64,000 nt of DNA. Origin: Bacteroidota bacterium (GTDB lineage: Bacteria > Bacteroidota > Bacteroidia > UKL13-3). The stretch is taken from assembly GCA_027491085.1 (NCBI GenBank), contig JAIXWW010000012.1:170628-234627 (forward strand), given 5' to 3'. Below are positions 18,807 to 27,769 of this stretch, piece after piece. The notes beneath the pieces are model-generated. The model was not told the origin of the DNA and searched no databases. It saw only the letters and a list, made by a program, of their open reading frames with translations. The number at the start of each line of letters is the position of its first letter. The stretch's first letter is position 1. The position numbers and the translations under genes were made by a program.

Positions 18807-18870
18807 TCACTAAAAAAATAAAATACTACTCAAAACGTTATTATGTTTGTTACTAAAAAAGTAAAATACT
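18807..18870 (+). repeat. 21-nt direct repeat (19/21) in the leader of the TonB-like gene
   Basis: tcactaaaaaaataaaatact (18808-18828) versus ttactaaaaaagtaaaatact (18850-18870), 42 nt apart. The second copy ends 3 nt before the ATG at 18874. Confidence 0.6.
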
Positions 18871-18873
18871 TTT

Positions 18874-19716
18874 ATGCAAAACAATCAAGCATATTATTTA
18901 AATAATAATACTTCAAAACACAATTGGATTGGATTAATAGGAACTACCTTTATTCATGGTGCCATTTTTTTAGCGCTGTATTTCTTTATTTTGGTACCAC
19001 CAAATCCACCTTGGGCCGACCAAGGAGCTTCAATGATTTTAGGTGAAGAAAATATGGGTGGAGAGAGCTTAACTCCTGTGGAAAACCCACAGCCTAATGA
19101 AACCTATACTCCAATTGAAAGCCAACCAACACCCGATGAATTAAGTCAAAGTACTGATGATGACGTAAACGTGGTGGCAAAGGTAAATGATAAAAAAACA
19201 GAAAATAAGCCAGTTATTAATCCAACAATTGACAAACCAAAAGAAATTGTAGAATTACCAAGAAAGGCTAATCCAACTGCCTTATTCAAGAAAAGAAGCA
19301 ATAATAGTGAAGCTGGACATGGTTCTGGAAGTGAGGCGGGAAATGAAGGACGACCTGACGGAACTCCTGATGGCGTAATTGGCGGAACTGGCCAAGGAGG
19401 TGAAGGTAATGGACCCGGAGGCCCTGGTGGTGACGGAAAAGGTCCAATAAGGTATAGTTTATCTGGAAGAAGAGTGGCTAAAAAACCAATCATTTCTACC
19501 AACTCTAATGACGTTGGTATAGTTGTGGTGAATATAACTGTGGATAGAAATGGAAATGTGACCAAAGCTGAACCAGGTGCAAGAGGAACAACAACACTTA
19601 ACCTAGACAAATTAAAAGTAGCCAAACAAGCTGCTTTAGATACAAAATTTTCACCAAAACCAGATGGCCCTGAAGAACAGTTTGGAACAATGACTGTTAG
19701 TTTTGCCTTTGACTAA
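18874..19716 (+). CDS. energy transducer TonB-family protein
   Basis: N-terminal TM anchor, Pro/Gly-rich linker, C-terminal TonB-like domain (VVVNITVDRNGNVTKAEPGARGTT...AKQAALDTKFSP). Confidence 0.75.
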   Translation: MQNNQAYYLNNNTSKHNWIGLIGTTFIHGAIFLALYFFILVPPNPPWADQGASMILGEENMGGESLTPVENPQPNETYTPIESQPTPDELSQSTDDDVNVVAKVNDKKTENKPVINPTIDKPKEIVELPRKANPTALFKKRSNNSEAGHGSGSEAGNEGRPDGTPDGVIGGTGQGGEGNGPGGPGGDGKGPIRYSLSGRRVAKKPIISTNSNDVGIVVVNITVDRNGNVTKAEPGARGTTTLNLDKLKVAKQAALDTKFSPKPDGPEEQFGTMTVSFAFD

Positions 19717-19721
19717 ATTAT

Positions 19722-19762
19722 AAAAAAAGCCTAGTTTGAAAACTCCAAACTAGGCTTTTTTT
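19722..19762. terminator. bidirectional rho-independent terminator
   Basis: agcctagtttg-aaaactc-caaactaggct flanked by A7 and T6. Confidence 0.85.
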
Positions 19763-19779
19763 ATGCTTATTTAGCCCTG

Positions 19780-21801
19780 CTACTTTAGCAGCATTTGATC
19801 AATGATTAATTCTTTAGCTTCATCTAAAATTAAATCAGCATTGCTAGCATCTTTACCTTGATTAGCTTTGGTTTTTTCACGCGCCTCTTTTCGAGCTTTA
19901 TTTTTAGTTTCATTTTCTTTCAACTCTTTTTTATACATCGCTTCATTAACAGAAACAAACTGTTTCACATCTGATTTTTTTACTGTTTCAATATCCTCTA
20001 ATAAATAAACATATTCTGCATTACCCAACATTCTTGCATTATGTAATTGCTTTAATTTGTTTAATTGTTCTGTTATTTTTGTTTGTTTTGAATATGATTC
20101 TGGGTTGATACTATCATAAGGCAATGAATATATACTGGCATCTTCTCCATATTCTTTATTAGCAAAAATACTTGGGAATTCAATATCAGGAATTACACCT
20201 TTGTGTTGAGTACTTCCTCCACTTATTCTGTAGAATTTTGCTATTGTTAATTTAACCTGACCCATTTTTTTATCACCATATTGCATATATTGATCTAAAT
20301 CTAACATATTCTGAACAGTACCTTTTCCGTAAGTTTGTTCTCCAATTATTAAGGCTCTTCCATAGTCTTGCATAGCTGCTGCAAAAATTTCACTAGCACT
20401 TGCACTAAATCTATTTACAATTACCTCCAAAGGACCATTCCATAAAACTTCTTCATCTTTATCTTTTTCTGACTTTACAATCCCATAAGCATCTTTAACC
20501 TGTACAACAGGTCCACTTTTTATAAATAATCCAGTTAACTCAATTGCTTCTTGCAATGAACCACCACCATTATTACGTAAATCCACTACTATTGCATCCA
20601 CATTTTCTTTTTTAAATTCATTGATAATCCTTCTAACGTCACGGGTAGTACTTTTATAGTCTTTTTCACCTGCTGAAGCTCTTGCGAAATCCAAGTAAAA
20701 TGTAGGAATATCTATTGTTCCAATTTTAAATTTTTTACCATTTTTCTTTATTTCTTTTATGGAACTTTTAGATGCTTGGTCTTCTAAAACAATTTTATCA
20801 CGCGTAATTTCAATAATCTTACTTTTATTTTCTGTTATATCAGCTGGTATTATTTGAAGCCTTACTATGGTTCCTTTTTTACCCCTTATTAAGCCAACCA
20901 CATCATCAATTCGCCAATCCAAAACACTAACCATTTCACCTTCTTTTCCTTGCCCTACAGCCGATATTTTATCATTTACTGAAACCAATTTACTCTTTTC
21001 GGCAGGTCCTCCTTTCACTAAGGATGTTATTTTGGTGTATTCATTATCAGTTTGTAAAGTAGCACCTATACCTTCTAAACTCAGGCTCATACTTGTATTA
21101 AACTCATCTGCCTGACGAGGTGCCAAATAATTGGTATGTGGGTCACTTATTTCAGTTAACGCATTTGCATAAAAACTAAATACATCACTAGTTTTTGTTT
21201 TACTTAATTGTTTAAGCAAATTATAATATCGTTTTCTAACTATTTCGGCACATGTTTTAAAATCCTTGCCATCAGCTTTTAAAACCAAAACTTCATACTT
21301 TACCTTATTCATCCAAAGTTTATCAAGTTCAGAAATAGATTTTGCAAAGTTTATATCTTCACGTTTGTATAAAAAAGAATCGTTGGTATCAAAGCTCATT
21401 TCTGATTTTAATAAATCAAAACTAAAATTAATCCTCTCCTCTAGCCTACTTTGGTATTTATTGTAAATATCAAAACCAGCATCTACTTTACCTTGCAGTA
21501 AATCATCGTCTAATATATATTTATATTTATCAAAATTAATGATGTCCGATTCTAAAAAATATAAATGTAATGGATCAAGATGTTTAATGTAATTATTTAG
21601 TAATTCAGCCGAAAGCTTATCGTCAATTACCAATTTTCGGTAATGTGCATTTGCCACAACCTGACCTACAAGTCTAAATAGTTCACCTTGATAAGGTTCG
21701 GGTTGAATTGACTTTAAAACAATTTTTGTTGAATCGTTAGCTTTTAAATTGAAAGCTATATTGATTATTAATAGAAAGGATAGAATAAATTTTTTTATCA
21801 T
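19780..21801 (-). CDS. ctp: carboxy-terminal processing (tail-specific) protease, peptidase S41
   Basis: 673 aa. PDZ region, S41 core (DLRNNGGGSL, ASASEIFAAAMQDY, GEQTYGKGTVQ). Confidence 0.9.
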   Translation of the reverse strand: MIKKFILSFLLIINIAFNLKANDSTKIVLKSIQPEPYQGELFRLVGQVVANAHYRKLVIDDKLSAELLNNYIKHLDPLHLYFLESDIINFDKYKYILDDDLLQGKVDAGFDIYNKYQSRLEERINFSFDLLKSEMSFDTNDSFLYKREDINFAKSISELDKLWMNKVKYEVLVLKADGKDFKTCAEIVRKRYYNLLKQLSKTKTSDVFSFYANALTEISDPHTNYLAPRQADEFNTSMSLSLEGIGATLQTDNEYTKITSLVKGGPAEKSKLVSVNDKISAVGQGKEGEMVSVLDWRIDDVVGLIRGKKGTIVRLQIIPADITENKSKIIEITRDKIVLEDQASKSSIKEIKKNGKKFKIGTIDIPTFYLDFARASAGEKDYKSTTRDVRRIINEFKKENVDAIVVDLRNNGGGSLQEAIELTGLFIKSGPVVQVKDAYGIVKSEKDKDEEVLWNGPLEVIVNRFSASASEIFAAAMQDYGRALIIGEQTYGKGTVQNMLDLDQYMQYGDKKMGQVKLTIAKFYRISGGSTQHKGVIPDIEFPSIFANKEYGEDASIYSLPYDSINPESYSKQTKITEQLNKLKQLHNARMLGNAEYVYLLEDIETVKKSDVKQFVSVNEAMYKKELKENETKNKARKEAREKTKANQGKDASNADLILDEAKELIIDQMLLK

Positions 21802-21898
21802 GTTTGCAAATAAGCAAGCTAATACATAAAAAACAACTTAATATTTTAAATGGTAAAAAATATGGATTATTTTTATTTCAAATAAATTTTGGTTCGCT

Positions 21899-23311
21899 TT
21901 AATAGATTAAATTAATCATAGGTTCAAAATAATGTTTATGAATGTTGAATTTATATCGAGTTTGCTCCTCAACAGAGAGTTTATAGGGAAATAAAGCTTT
22001 TGAACCTGGTAAGGTTTTTAAGCCATTTAGCCAATGCCTCACATAATTACCTTTTGAATCGTAATCTAAACTTTGCTTTTCTGTATTAAAATACCGAGAC
22101 TGACGCCCATCATTTCCTACCCCCGCTTGGTAAGCCCAATTGCCATAATTGCTGGCAGCATCATAATCAATCAATAAACTTTCAAACCATTTAGCGCCCC
22201 AAAGCCAATTAATACCTAAATTCTTGGTTAAAAAACTAGCCACATTTTGCCTTCCCCTGTTACTCATAAAACCAGTTTGAAGCAATTCTTGCATATTGGC
22301 ATCAATTAAAGGATAGCCAGTTTGTCCTAATTTCCATTTTTCAAAATCGGATTTATTATTGTTCCAAGTTATTTTTGAATTGTTCAAACCATTTAATTTA
22401 AAAAGATTATTACCATGTTTTAGAGCTATGAATTGGAAATAATCACGCCATAATAATTCAAAAAATAACCAATAAGTGGAATCATTGGCTTCAATTTGGC
22501 TTTCGAATAATTTTATTTGATGGTAAATAAACCTAGGACTGATGCAACCTAAAGCCAACCAAGCCGAGAACTTACTACTGTAATTAGCACCTAACATTTC
22601 GTTACGCGTAATTTTATAAGTAGCTAAACTTTTGGTTTCAAAAAAGTAGTGGTTTAATCTATTAAGAGCTTCGCTTTCCCCTCCTTTAAATTGAATTGCG
22701 GCTTTATCACTAATGATGGTAGATGGCAATCCTAACTCATCTAATGTTGGTACTTGAGTTTTATTTTCAAAAACCAATTTATTGTTGATTACAGAATTAG
22801 AAAATAGTTTATTTACTTCGCTTTGAGCCTCTACTTTTTTTCTAAAATTGGTAAAAAGTTCAGGCAATTGATTAATGGTAAACGGAATATCGTTGATATG
22901 GATAAGTGTTTTACCCCAAATACCTTTTAACTTGACAGAAGGATGCAATATTTTTAACAAATTCTTTTCAACTTGAATTTCCTCATCTGTATTTTCTTGT
23001 TGATAGTGGATTTCTGCTATGTTAAAATCATTGCAAATATTGGTAATAATTTCAACAGAGTTACCTTTATAAACAAGTAATTCTATTCCAATACTTTTAA
23101 GATTTTCTTTTAAGTTTTGAACGGATTCAATGATAAATTGCGCTCGGTAGCTTCCAGTTTTTGGAAAACCTAAATGTGTGTTTTTGTATTGGTTATCGTC
23201 AAATACATAAACAGCCAAAACTGACTTTTGGGTATTGATTGCCTTGTATAATGCTTCATTGTCGTGCAAGCGTAAATCGTTTCTAAACCATACCAAAACA
23301 TTATTTTCCAT
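21899..23311 (-). CDS. DASH-family cryptochrome / photolyase-related protein
   Basis: Start at MENNVLVWFRNDLRLHDNEAL (cat 23309-23311). FAD-binding C-terminal domain motifs (WRDYF, GFMSNRGRQNVASFL, DYDAASNYGNWAY). Confidence 0.85.
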   Translation of the reverse strand: MENNVLVWFRNDLRLHDNEALYKAINTQKSVLAVYVFDDNQYKNTHLGFPKTGSYRAQFIIESVQNLKENLKSIGIELLVYKGNSVEIITNICNDFNIAEIHYQQENTDEEIQVEKNLLKILHPSVKLKGIWGKTLIHINDIPFTINQLPELFTNFRKKVEAQSEVNKLFSNSVINNKLVFENKTQVPTLDELGLPSTIISDKAAIQFKGGESEALNRLNHYFFETKSLATYKITRNEMLGANYSSKFSAWLALGCISPRFIYHQIKLFESQIEANDSTYWLFFELLWRDYFQFIALKHGNNLFKLNGLNNSKITWNNNKSDFEKWKLGQTGYPLIDANMQELLQTGFMSNRGRQNVASFLTKNLGINWLWGAKWFESLLIDYDAASNYGNWAYQAGVGNDGRQSRYFNTEKQSLDYDSKGNYVRHWLNGLKTLPGSKALFPYKLSVEEQTRYKFNIHKHYFEPMINLIY

Positions 23312-23350
23312 GAAATTAAATACAAGAAAAACAGCCAAAATGTTTTTAAC

Positions 23351-23392
23351 AAAAAAGCCAATAACTCAATTTAATTGAATTATTGGCTTTTC
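23351..23392 (-). terminator. rho-independent terminator downstream of clpP
   Basis: agccaataactcaatt / aattgaattattggct long imperfect stem flanked by A6 and T4. Confidence 0.7.
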
Positions 23393-23475
23393 ATTTTATG
23401 ATGATTGATCTAATTTATTTATTGGTAGGTATTTTCATCAATCCTCTTTTCTGTTTGAATAGAGTTACAAACGGA

Positions 23476-23510
23476 ATACAAATCAAAATTCACAAATCAC
23501 AGATCACAAA
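23476..23510 (-). repeat. degenerate heptamer tandem array (5 units, minus-sense TnTGTGA) immediately after the clpP stop
   Basis: Plus strand atacaaa|tcaaaat|tcacaaa|tcacaga|tcacaaa. It begins 1 nt after the TAG at 23512-23514. Confidence 0.7.
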
Positions 23511-23511
23511 C

Positions 23512-24210
23512 CTACTTAATTTCTTCTTTTTTAGGTTTAATTAATACATCGTCAAGCATACCATAAGCTTTTGCTTCTTCTGCTATCATCCAATAATCAC
23601 GGTCGCTATCAGCTTCTACTTTTTCAAAAGGCTGACCACTGTGATGTGAAATAATATCGTACAATTCTTTTTTCAATTTTTGAATTTCGCGAGCTGTAAT
23701 TTCAATATCACTTGCTTGTCCTTGCGCGCCACCCAATGGTTGATGAATCATGATACGTGCATGACGCAAAGCGGTACGCTTACCTTTTGCACCAGCACAT
23801 TGTAATACTGCACCCATTGAAGCAGCTAAACCTGTACAAATTGTTGCTACATCAGGTTGAATCCATTGCATGGTATCATAAATTCCTAAACCAGCATAAA
23901 CAGAACCACCTGGACTATTGATATACATTTGTATATCTCTTCTTGCATCCATCGATTCTAAGAACAATAATTGTGCTTGAACAATATTGGCTATATAATC
24001 GTCAATTGCTGTTCCTAAAAATAAAATTCTGTCAGCCATTAAACGTGAGAAAACATCAATTTCTCTAAAGTTCATAGGGCGTTCTTCAATTACAGTTCTA
24101 GTCATGTTTTGCATACCATGCGGAATACTTTCCATGTAAGCATCTACTTTTAAACTGCTAATGCCTTGGTGTTTGATGGCATATTTTCTAAATTCTTTTC
24201 CTACATCCAT
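23512..24210 (-). CDS. clpP: ATP-dependent Clp protease proteolytic subunit
   Basis: 232 aa. Motifs [27 protein letters not shown] (Ser nucleophile), IMIHQPLGG. Confidence 0.95.
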   Translation of the reverse strand: MDVGKEFRKYAIKHQGISSLKVDAYMESIPHGMQNMTRTVIEERPMNFREIDVFSRLMADRILFLGTAIDDYIANIVQAQLLFLESMDARRDIQMYINSPGGSVYAGLGIYDTMQWIQPDVATICTGLAASMGAVLQCAGAKGKRTALRHARIMIHQPLGGAQGQASDIEITAREIQKLKKELYDIISHHSGQPFEKVEADSDRDYWMIAEEAKAYGMLDDVLIKPKKEEIK

Positions 24211-24261
24211 GTGTTATAATTTAATTTTTGTTTTTGGTCAAATATATATTGATGTTTAATA

Positions 24262-24296
24262 TTGTCAAGCAAAGTGCCATTTATTTTTGCTGACAA
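24262..24296. promoter_or_regulatory. inverted repeat ttgtcaAgcaaa-N12-tttgctgacaa in the clpP/dedA divergent promoter region
   Basis: 11-bp arms with a one-base bulge. 52-86 nt upstream of the clpP start and 121-155 nt upstream of the dedA-like start. Confidence 0.35.
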
Positions 24297-24416
24297 AAAG
24301 GCTAATCCAAATGTGAATTAAACCTTTAAAGTGTATTTTATACAAATTGTTTTTATAAGTGGAAAAAAACAAAATATTAATGCAGCTAAATTGATGATAA
24401 TTTATAAAATTGCGGT

Positions 24417-25073
24417 ATGGAAATACTAGAAATTTTTAAAGAACTACTAACCAATACCAAAGGGTTTTTAGAATTATTTGTATCGGAAAATGGTAGCCTT
24501 ATATATGGCTTACTATTTTTAATTGTGTTTTGCGAAACAGGTTTAGTCGTTTTACCTTTATTACCTGGCGATTCATTATTATTTACTGCAGGAGTTTTAG
24601 CTGGTAATCCTACCAATAATTTAAATGTGGTTTTGATTATAATTTTACTTATAACAGCTGCTTTAATGGGCGATAATACCAATTATTTTATTGGTAAATT
24701 TTTAGCTAAAAAAGGCGAAGGGGCAAAACTTTTCGGCATTTTTACAATTAAAAAAGAATACATTCAAAAAACTGAATCGTTTTACGAAAAACATGGTTCT
24801 ATGGCTATTATTGTAGCGCGTTTTGTTCCAATTGTGCGCACATTTGCTCCATTTGTAGCTGGTGTTGGTAGCATGAAATACAGTCGTTACATTACTTTTT
24901 GTGTAATTGGTGCAGTACTTTGGGTTAGTGTAATAACTTTAGCAGGCTATTTTTTAGGAAATATTCCTTGGGTTCAAAAAAACTTTGAAAAAATAGTTCT
25001 TGGTATTGTTTTCGCTTCGGTACTTCCTGTTATTATAGGCGTAATTAAAAGTCAACTTGCAGCAAAAAAATAA
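24417..25073 (+). CDS. DedA-family (VTT domain) membrane protein
   Basis: 218 aa. ETGLVVLPLLPGDSLLFTAG and RFVPIVRTFAPFVAG motifs. Confidence 0.85.
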   Translation: MEILEIFKELLTNTKGFLELFVSENGSLIYGLLFLIVFCETGLVVLPLLPGDSLLFTAGVLAGNPTNNLNVVLIIILLITAALMGDNTNYFIGKFLAKKGEGAKLFGIFTIKKEYIQKTESFYEKHGSMAIIVARFVPIVRTFAPFVAGVGSMKYSRYITFCVIGAVLWVSVITLAGYFLGNIPWVQKNFEKIVLGIVFASVLPVIIGVIKSQLAAKK

Positions 25074-25113
25074 TTCATATAAAACATCTTTTAAGTTAAA
25101 TAAAAACGTGGCT

Positions 25114-25848
25114 ATGCTAAGGTGTAGCTACGTTTTTATTTTACTGGCATTGAGTTTAAATACCAAAGCCGAGGTTACTTACGGATATTGCTCAGTTAAA
25201 GAATCCAAAAATGGCAAAGATTTATACCAACTTTATGGCAATACCTGGTTTGATTGTAAGCCAATTGATGCCAATTTTCAGCAAATACTATTGCGTGTTT
25301 GGGTTAAAAAAGCCAATGTATACGATGATCAACAAATTTTAGCCAAAGCCAAACTTTATAATGAATCTGGAAAAATTATAGGAATAGCCTTACAAGATTT
25401 TACACCTTATAAATTTATTGCAGAACTAGATACAGCATACGTTTTTGATTTAAGTGGAATTATCTCGCAAGCATGCATTAATCCTAGCTCTGTGCCTGAA
25501 ACAGAATTAAATAAAATTTTAGCCGTAACCAAACAAAATGCGCAGCTTGATACATTTGAAACTCACTTTCAAAAATTTAAATATGAAGCGCTAGATACAG
25601 GACAAAAATACCAATCCTATATCATTTATGAACCCAATTTTGTGCTTCAAAAAAAAGAACCCCGCATACTGATTGTATTTTACAAAAACGAATTAATTGC
25701 TATTTTTTATAGCAGAAGCGTGGTAGCCAAACTATACGATAGCATTGAAATGGGAAAAGAGTATAAACTTATATACAATTCAAAATTTACAGAAAATACC
25801 AAATCAGAGATGATTCAAATATTTAAAAAACGCCTTTCCGACACATGA
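25114..25848 (+). CDS. hypothetical secreted protein
   Basis: Start moved to MLRCSYVFILLALSLNTKAEV (signal peptide). No recognised domain. Confidence 0.5.
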   Translation: MLRCSYVFILLALSLNTKAEVTYGYCSVKESKNGKDLYQLYGNTWFDCKPIDANFQQILLRVWVKKANVYDDQQILAKAKLYNESGKIIGIALQDFTPYKFIAELDTAYVFDLSGIISQACINPSSVPETELNKILAVTKQNAQLDTFETHFQKFKYEALDTGQKYQSYIIYEPNFVLQKKEPRILIVFYKNELIAIFYSRSVVAKLYDSIEMGKEYKLIYNSKFTENTKSEMIQIFKKRLSDT

Positions 25849-26001
25849 TTGATTTTGACCATATTGAATAAAAAACTTACCTTTTTACAAAAAAATACAA
25901 TCCTTTTACAATGTGAATAACTAAAAAATATAACTCGAGTAATATTTTTCCCATTTTGTAACTTTGTTTCAAAGTAATAATTCTTAATTAAATTGCAACA
26001 C

Positions 26002-27372
26002 ATGCCATATAAAAGTGACTCATATAAAGTTTTTATTGTAGAAGATGACAAGTGGTACAATAATTTTTTACAATACACAGTATCATTGAATCCAGAATAT
26101 TTGGTAGAGTCATTTTTTAACTCAAAGGATATTTTATCAAATCTTCATAAAAAACCAGATTTAATTACTGTTGACTATTCCTTACCAGATATTAAAGGTG
26201 ATGAATTAATTAGAAAAATAAAAGATCAACTACCAGATGTACAAATTATAGTTATTTCAGGGCAAGAAGATGTGCAAACTGCTGTTCAACTTTTAAAACT
26301 TGGTGTTTACGATTATATTTTAAAGGATGAAGACACCAAACATCGTTTATTAAATACCATTCAAAATGCACGTTCCAATGCTTCATTAAAAGAAGAAATT
26401 GTATCACTTCGCGAAGAAGTTGCAAAAAAATACGATTTTAGCAATACAATTATTGGAAATTCAGATGCAATAAAAAAATGCTTTGCATTAATTGAAAAAG
26501 CAGCTGCAAGTAAAATAGTGGTAAGCATTACAGGTGAAACTGGAACTGGAAAAGAATTGGTGGCTAAGGCCATTCACTACCACAGTGAAAGGAAAAAAAT
26601 GCCTTTAGTAACTGTAAATGTAGCTGCCATTCCAAAAGACTTAATAGAATCTGAACTATTTGGACATGAAAAAGGAGCTTTTACTGGTGCTGATTCACGT
26701 AGAATTGGTAAGTTCGAACAAGCCAACAAAGGAACAATATTTTTAGATGAAATTGGTGAGATGGATATTACCATGCAAGCCAAACTATTGCGTGTTTTAC
26801 AAGAAAAAGAAGTTACCCGTGTAGGTGGAAACCAAAGTATTCCGTTAGATGTAAGAGTTATAGTTGCCACACATAGAAACCTTGCTAATGAGGTTAAAGA
26901 AGGACGATTTAGAGAAGATTTATATTACCGTTTATTAGGTTTACAAATAGCCTTACCACCACTTAATGAGCGTGGAAACGATATTATTTTGCTTTGTAAA
27001 CACTTTATTGATGATTACTGTAAAGAAAATAAAATAAAGAAAATTACACTCAGTACAGAAGCTCAAAAAAAATTGTTTAATTATCATTTTCCAGGAAATA
27101 TTAGAGAACTAAAAGCTATTGTTGAAATTGCGTGTGTAATGTGTAATGATGGAGTTATACAGGAAACAGATTTAACATTTAGCTCTGAAAAATCAATCAA
27201 TAACATGCTCATTCAAGAAATGAGTTTAGACGATTACAATAATTTAATTATTAAAAATTACCTTGAAAAATACGATAACAATGTAATTACTGTTGCCAAA
27301 AAACTAAATATTGGCAAGTCTACAATTTACAGAATGTTAAAGTCTGAATCTTTCGATAAAAATAAAAAATAA
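26002..27372 (+). CDS. sigma-54-dependent response regulator (receiver + AAA+ + HTH, NtrC class)
   Basis: Receiver with acidic pocket and LITVD acceptor context. Walker A GETGTGKE, GAFTGA sigma-54 contact motif, C-terminal HTH (VAKKLNIGKSTIYRML). Confidence 0.9.
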   Translation: MPYKSDSYKVFIVEDDKWYNNFLQYTVSLNPEYLVESFFNSKDILSNLHKKPDLITVDYSLPDIKGDELIRKIKDQLPDVQIIVISGQEDVQTAVQLLKLGVYDYILKDEDTKHRLLNTIQNARSNASLKEEIVSLREEVAKKYDFSNTIIGNSDAIKKCFALIEKAAASKIVVSITGETGTGKELVAKAIHYHSERKKMPLVTVNVAAIPKDLIESELFGHEKGAFTGADSRRIGKFEQANKGTIFLDEIGEMDITMQAKLLRVLQEKEVTRVGGNQSIPLDVRVIVATHRNLANEVKEGRFREDLYYRLLGLQIALPPLNERGNDIILLCKHFIDDYCKENKIKKITLSTEAQKKLFNYHFPGNIRELKAIVEIACVMCNDGVIQETDLTFSSEKSINNMLIQEMSLDDYNNLIIKNYLEKYDNNVITVAKKLNIGKSTIYRMLKSESFDKNKK

Positions 27373-27376
27373 TCCT

Positions 27377-27760
27377 ATGAATAAGAAAACCCTACTTGCA
27401 CTTGATGATGAACTAAGTATTTTAAAAATTTTAGATTTCTATTTTGGTAAAACATTTAATGTTGTTTCAAAAACCGATGGAATTTCAGCTCTTGAATGGA
27501 TGCAACAAGGACAATTGCCTGATGTAATCATTGCAGATGTTAACATGCCTGATATGAATGGAATGGAGTTTATAGCTCAAATTAGAAACAGCGGTTTTTT
27601 TAAAGATATTCCTCTTATTATGTTAAGCGGAAATGAAGGAAGTGCCGATAAAATTAAATGCTTAAAAGCTGGTGCTGATGATTACTTGGTAAAACCATTT
27701 AATCCAGAAGAGTTAGAGGCACGTATTGTGAATATTTTACGTAGAATTAAAAAGATATAA
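27377..27760 (+). CDS. single-domain response regulator (CheY-like receiver)
   Basis: 127 aa. LDDE, IIADVNMPDMNG, IMLSG and YLVKPF all canonical. Confidence 0.9.
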   Translation: MNKKTLLALDDELSILKILDFYFGKTFNVVSKTDGISALEWMQQGQLPDVIIADVNMPDMNGMEFIAQIRNSGFFKDIPLIMLSGNEGSADKIKCLKAGADDYLVKPFNPEELEARIVNILRRIKKI

Positions 27761-27769
27761 TTAAATATT

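Noticed and set aside
19146-19625. 159-aa minus-strand ORF with a Pro/Gly-rich translation
   Set aside because: It is the mirror image of the Gly/Pro-rich linker of the TonB-like gene. It stays open only because of that compositional bias.
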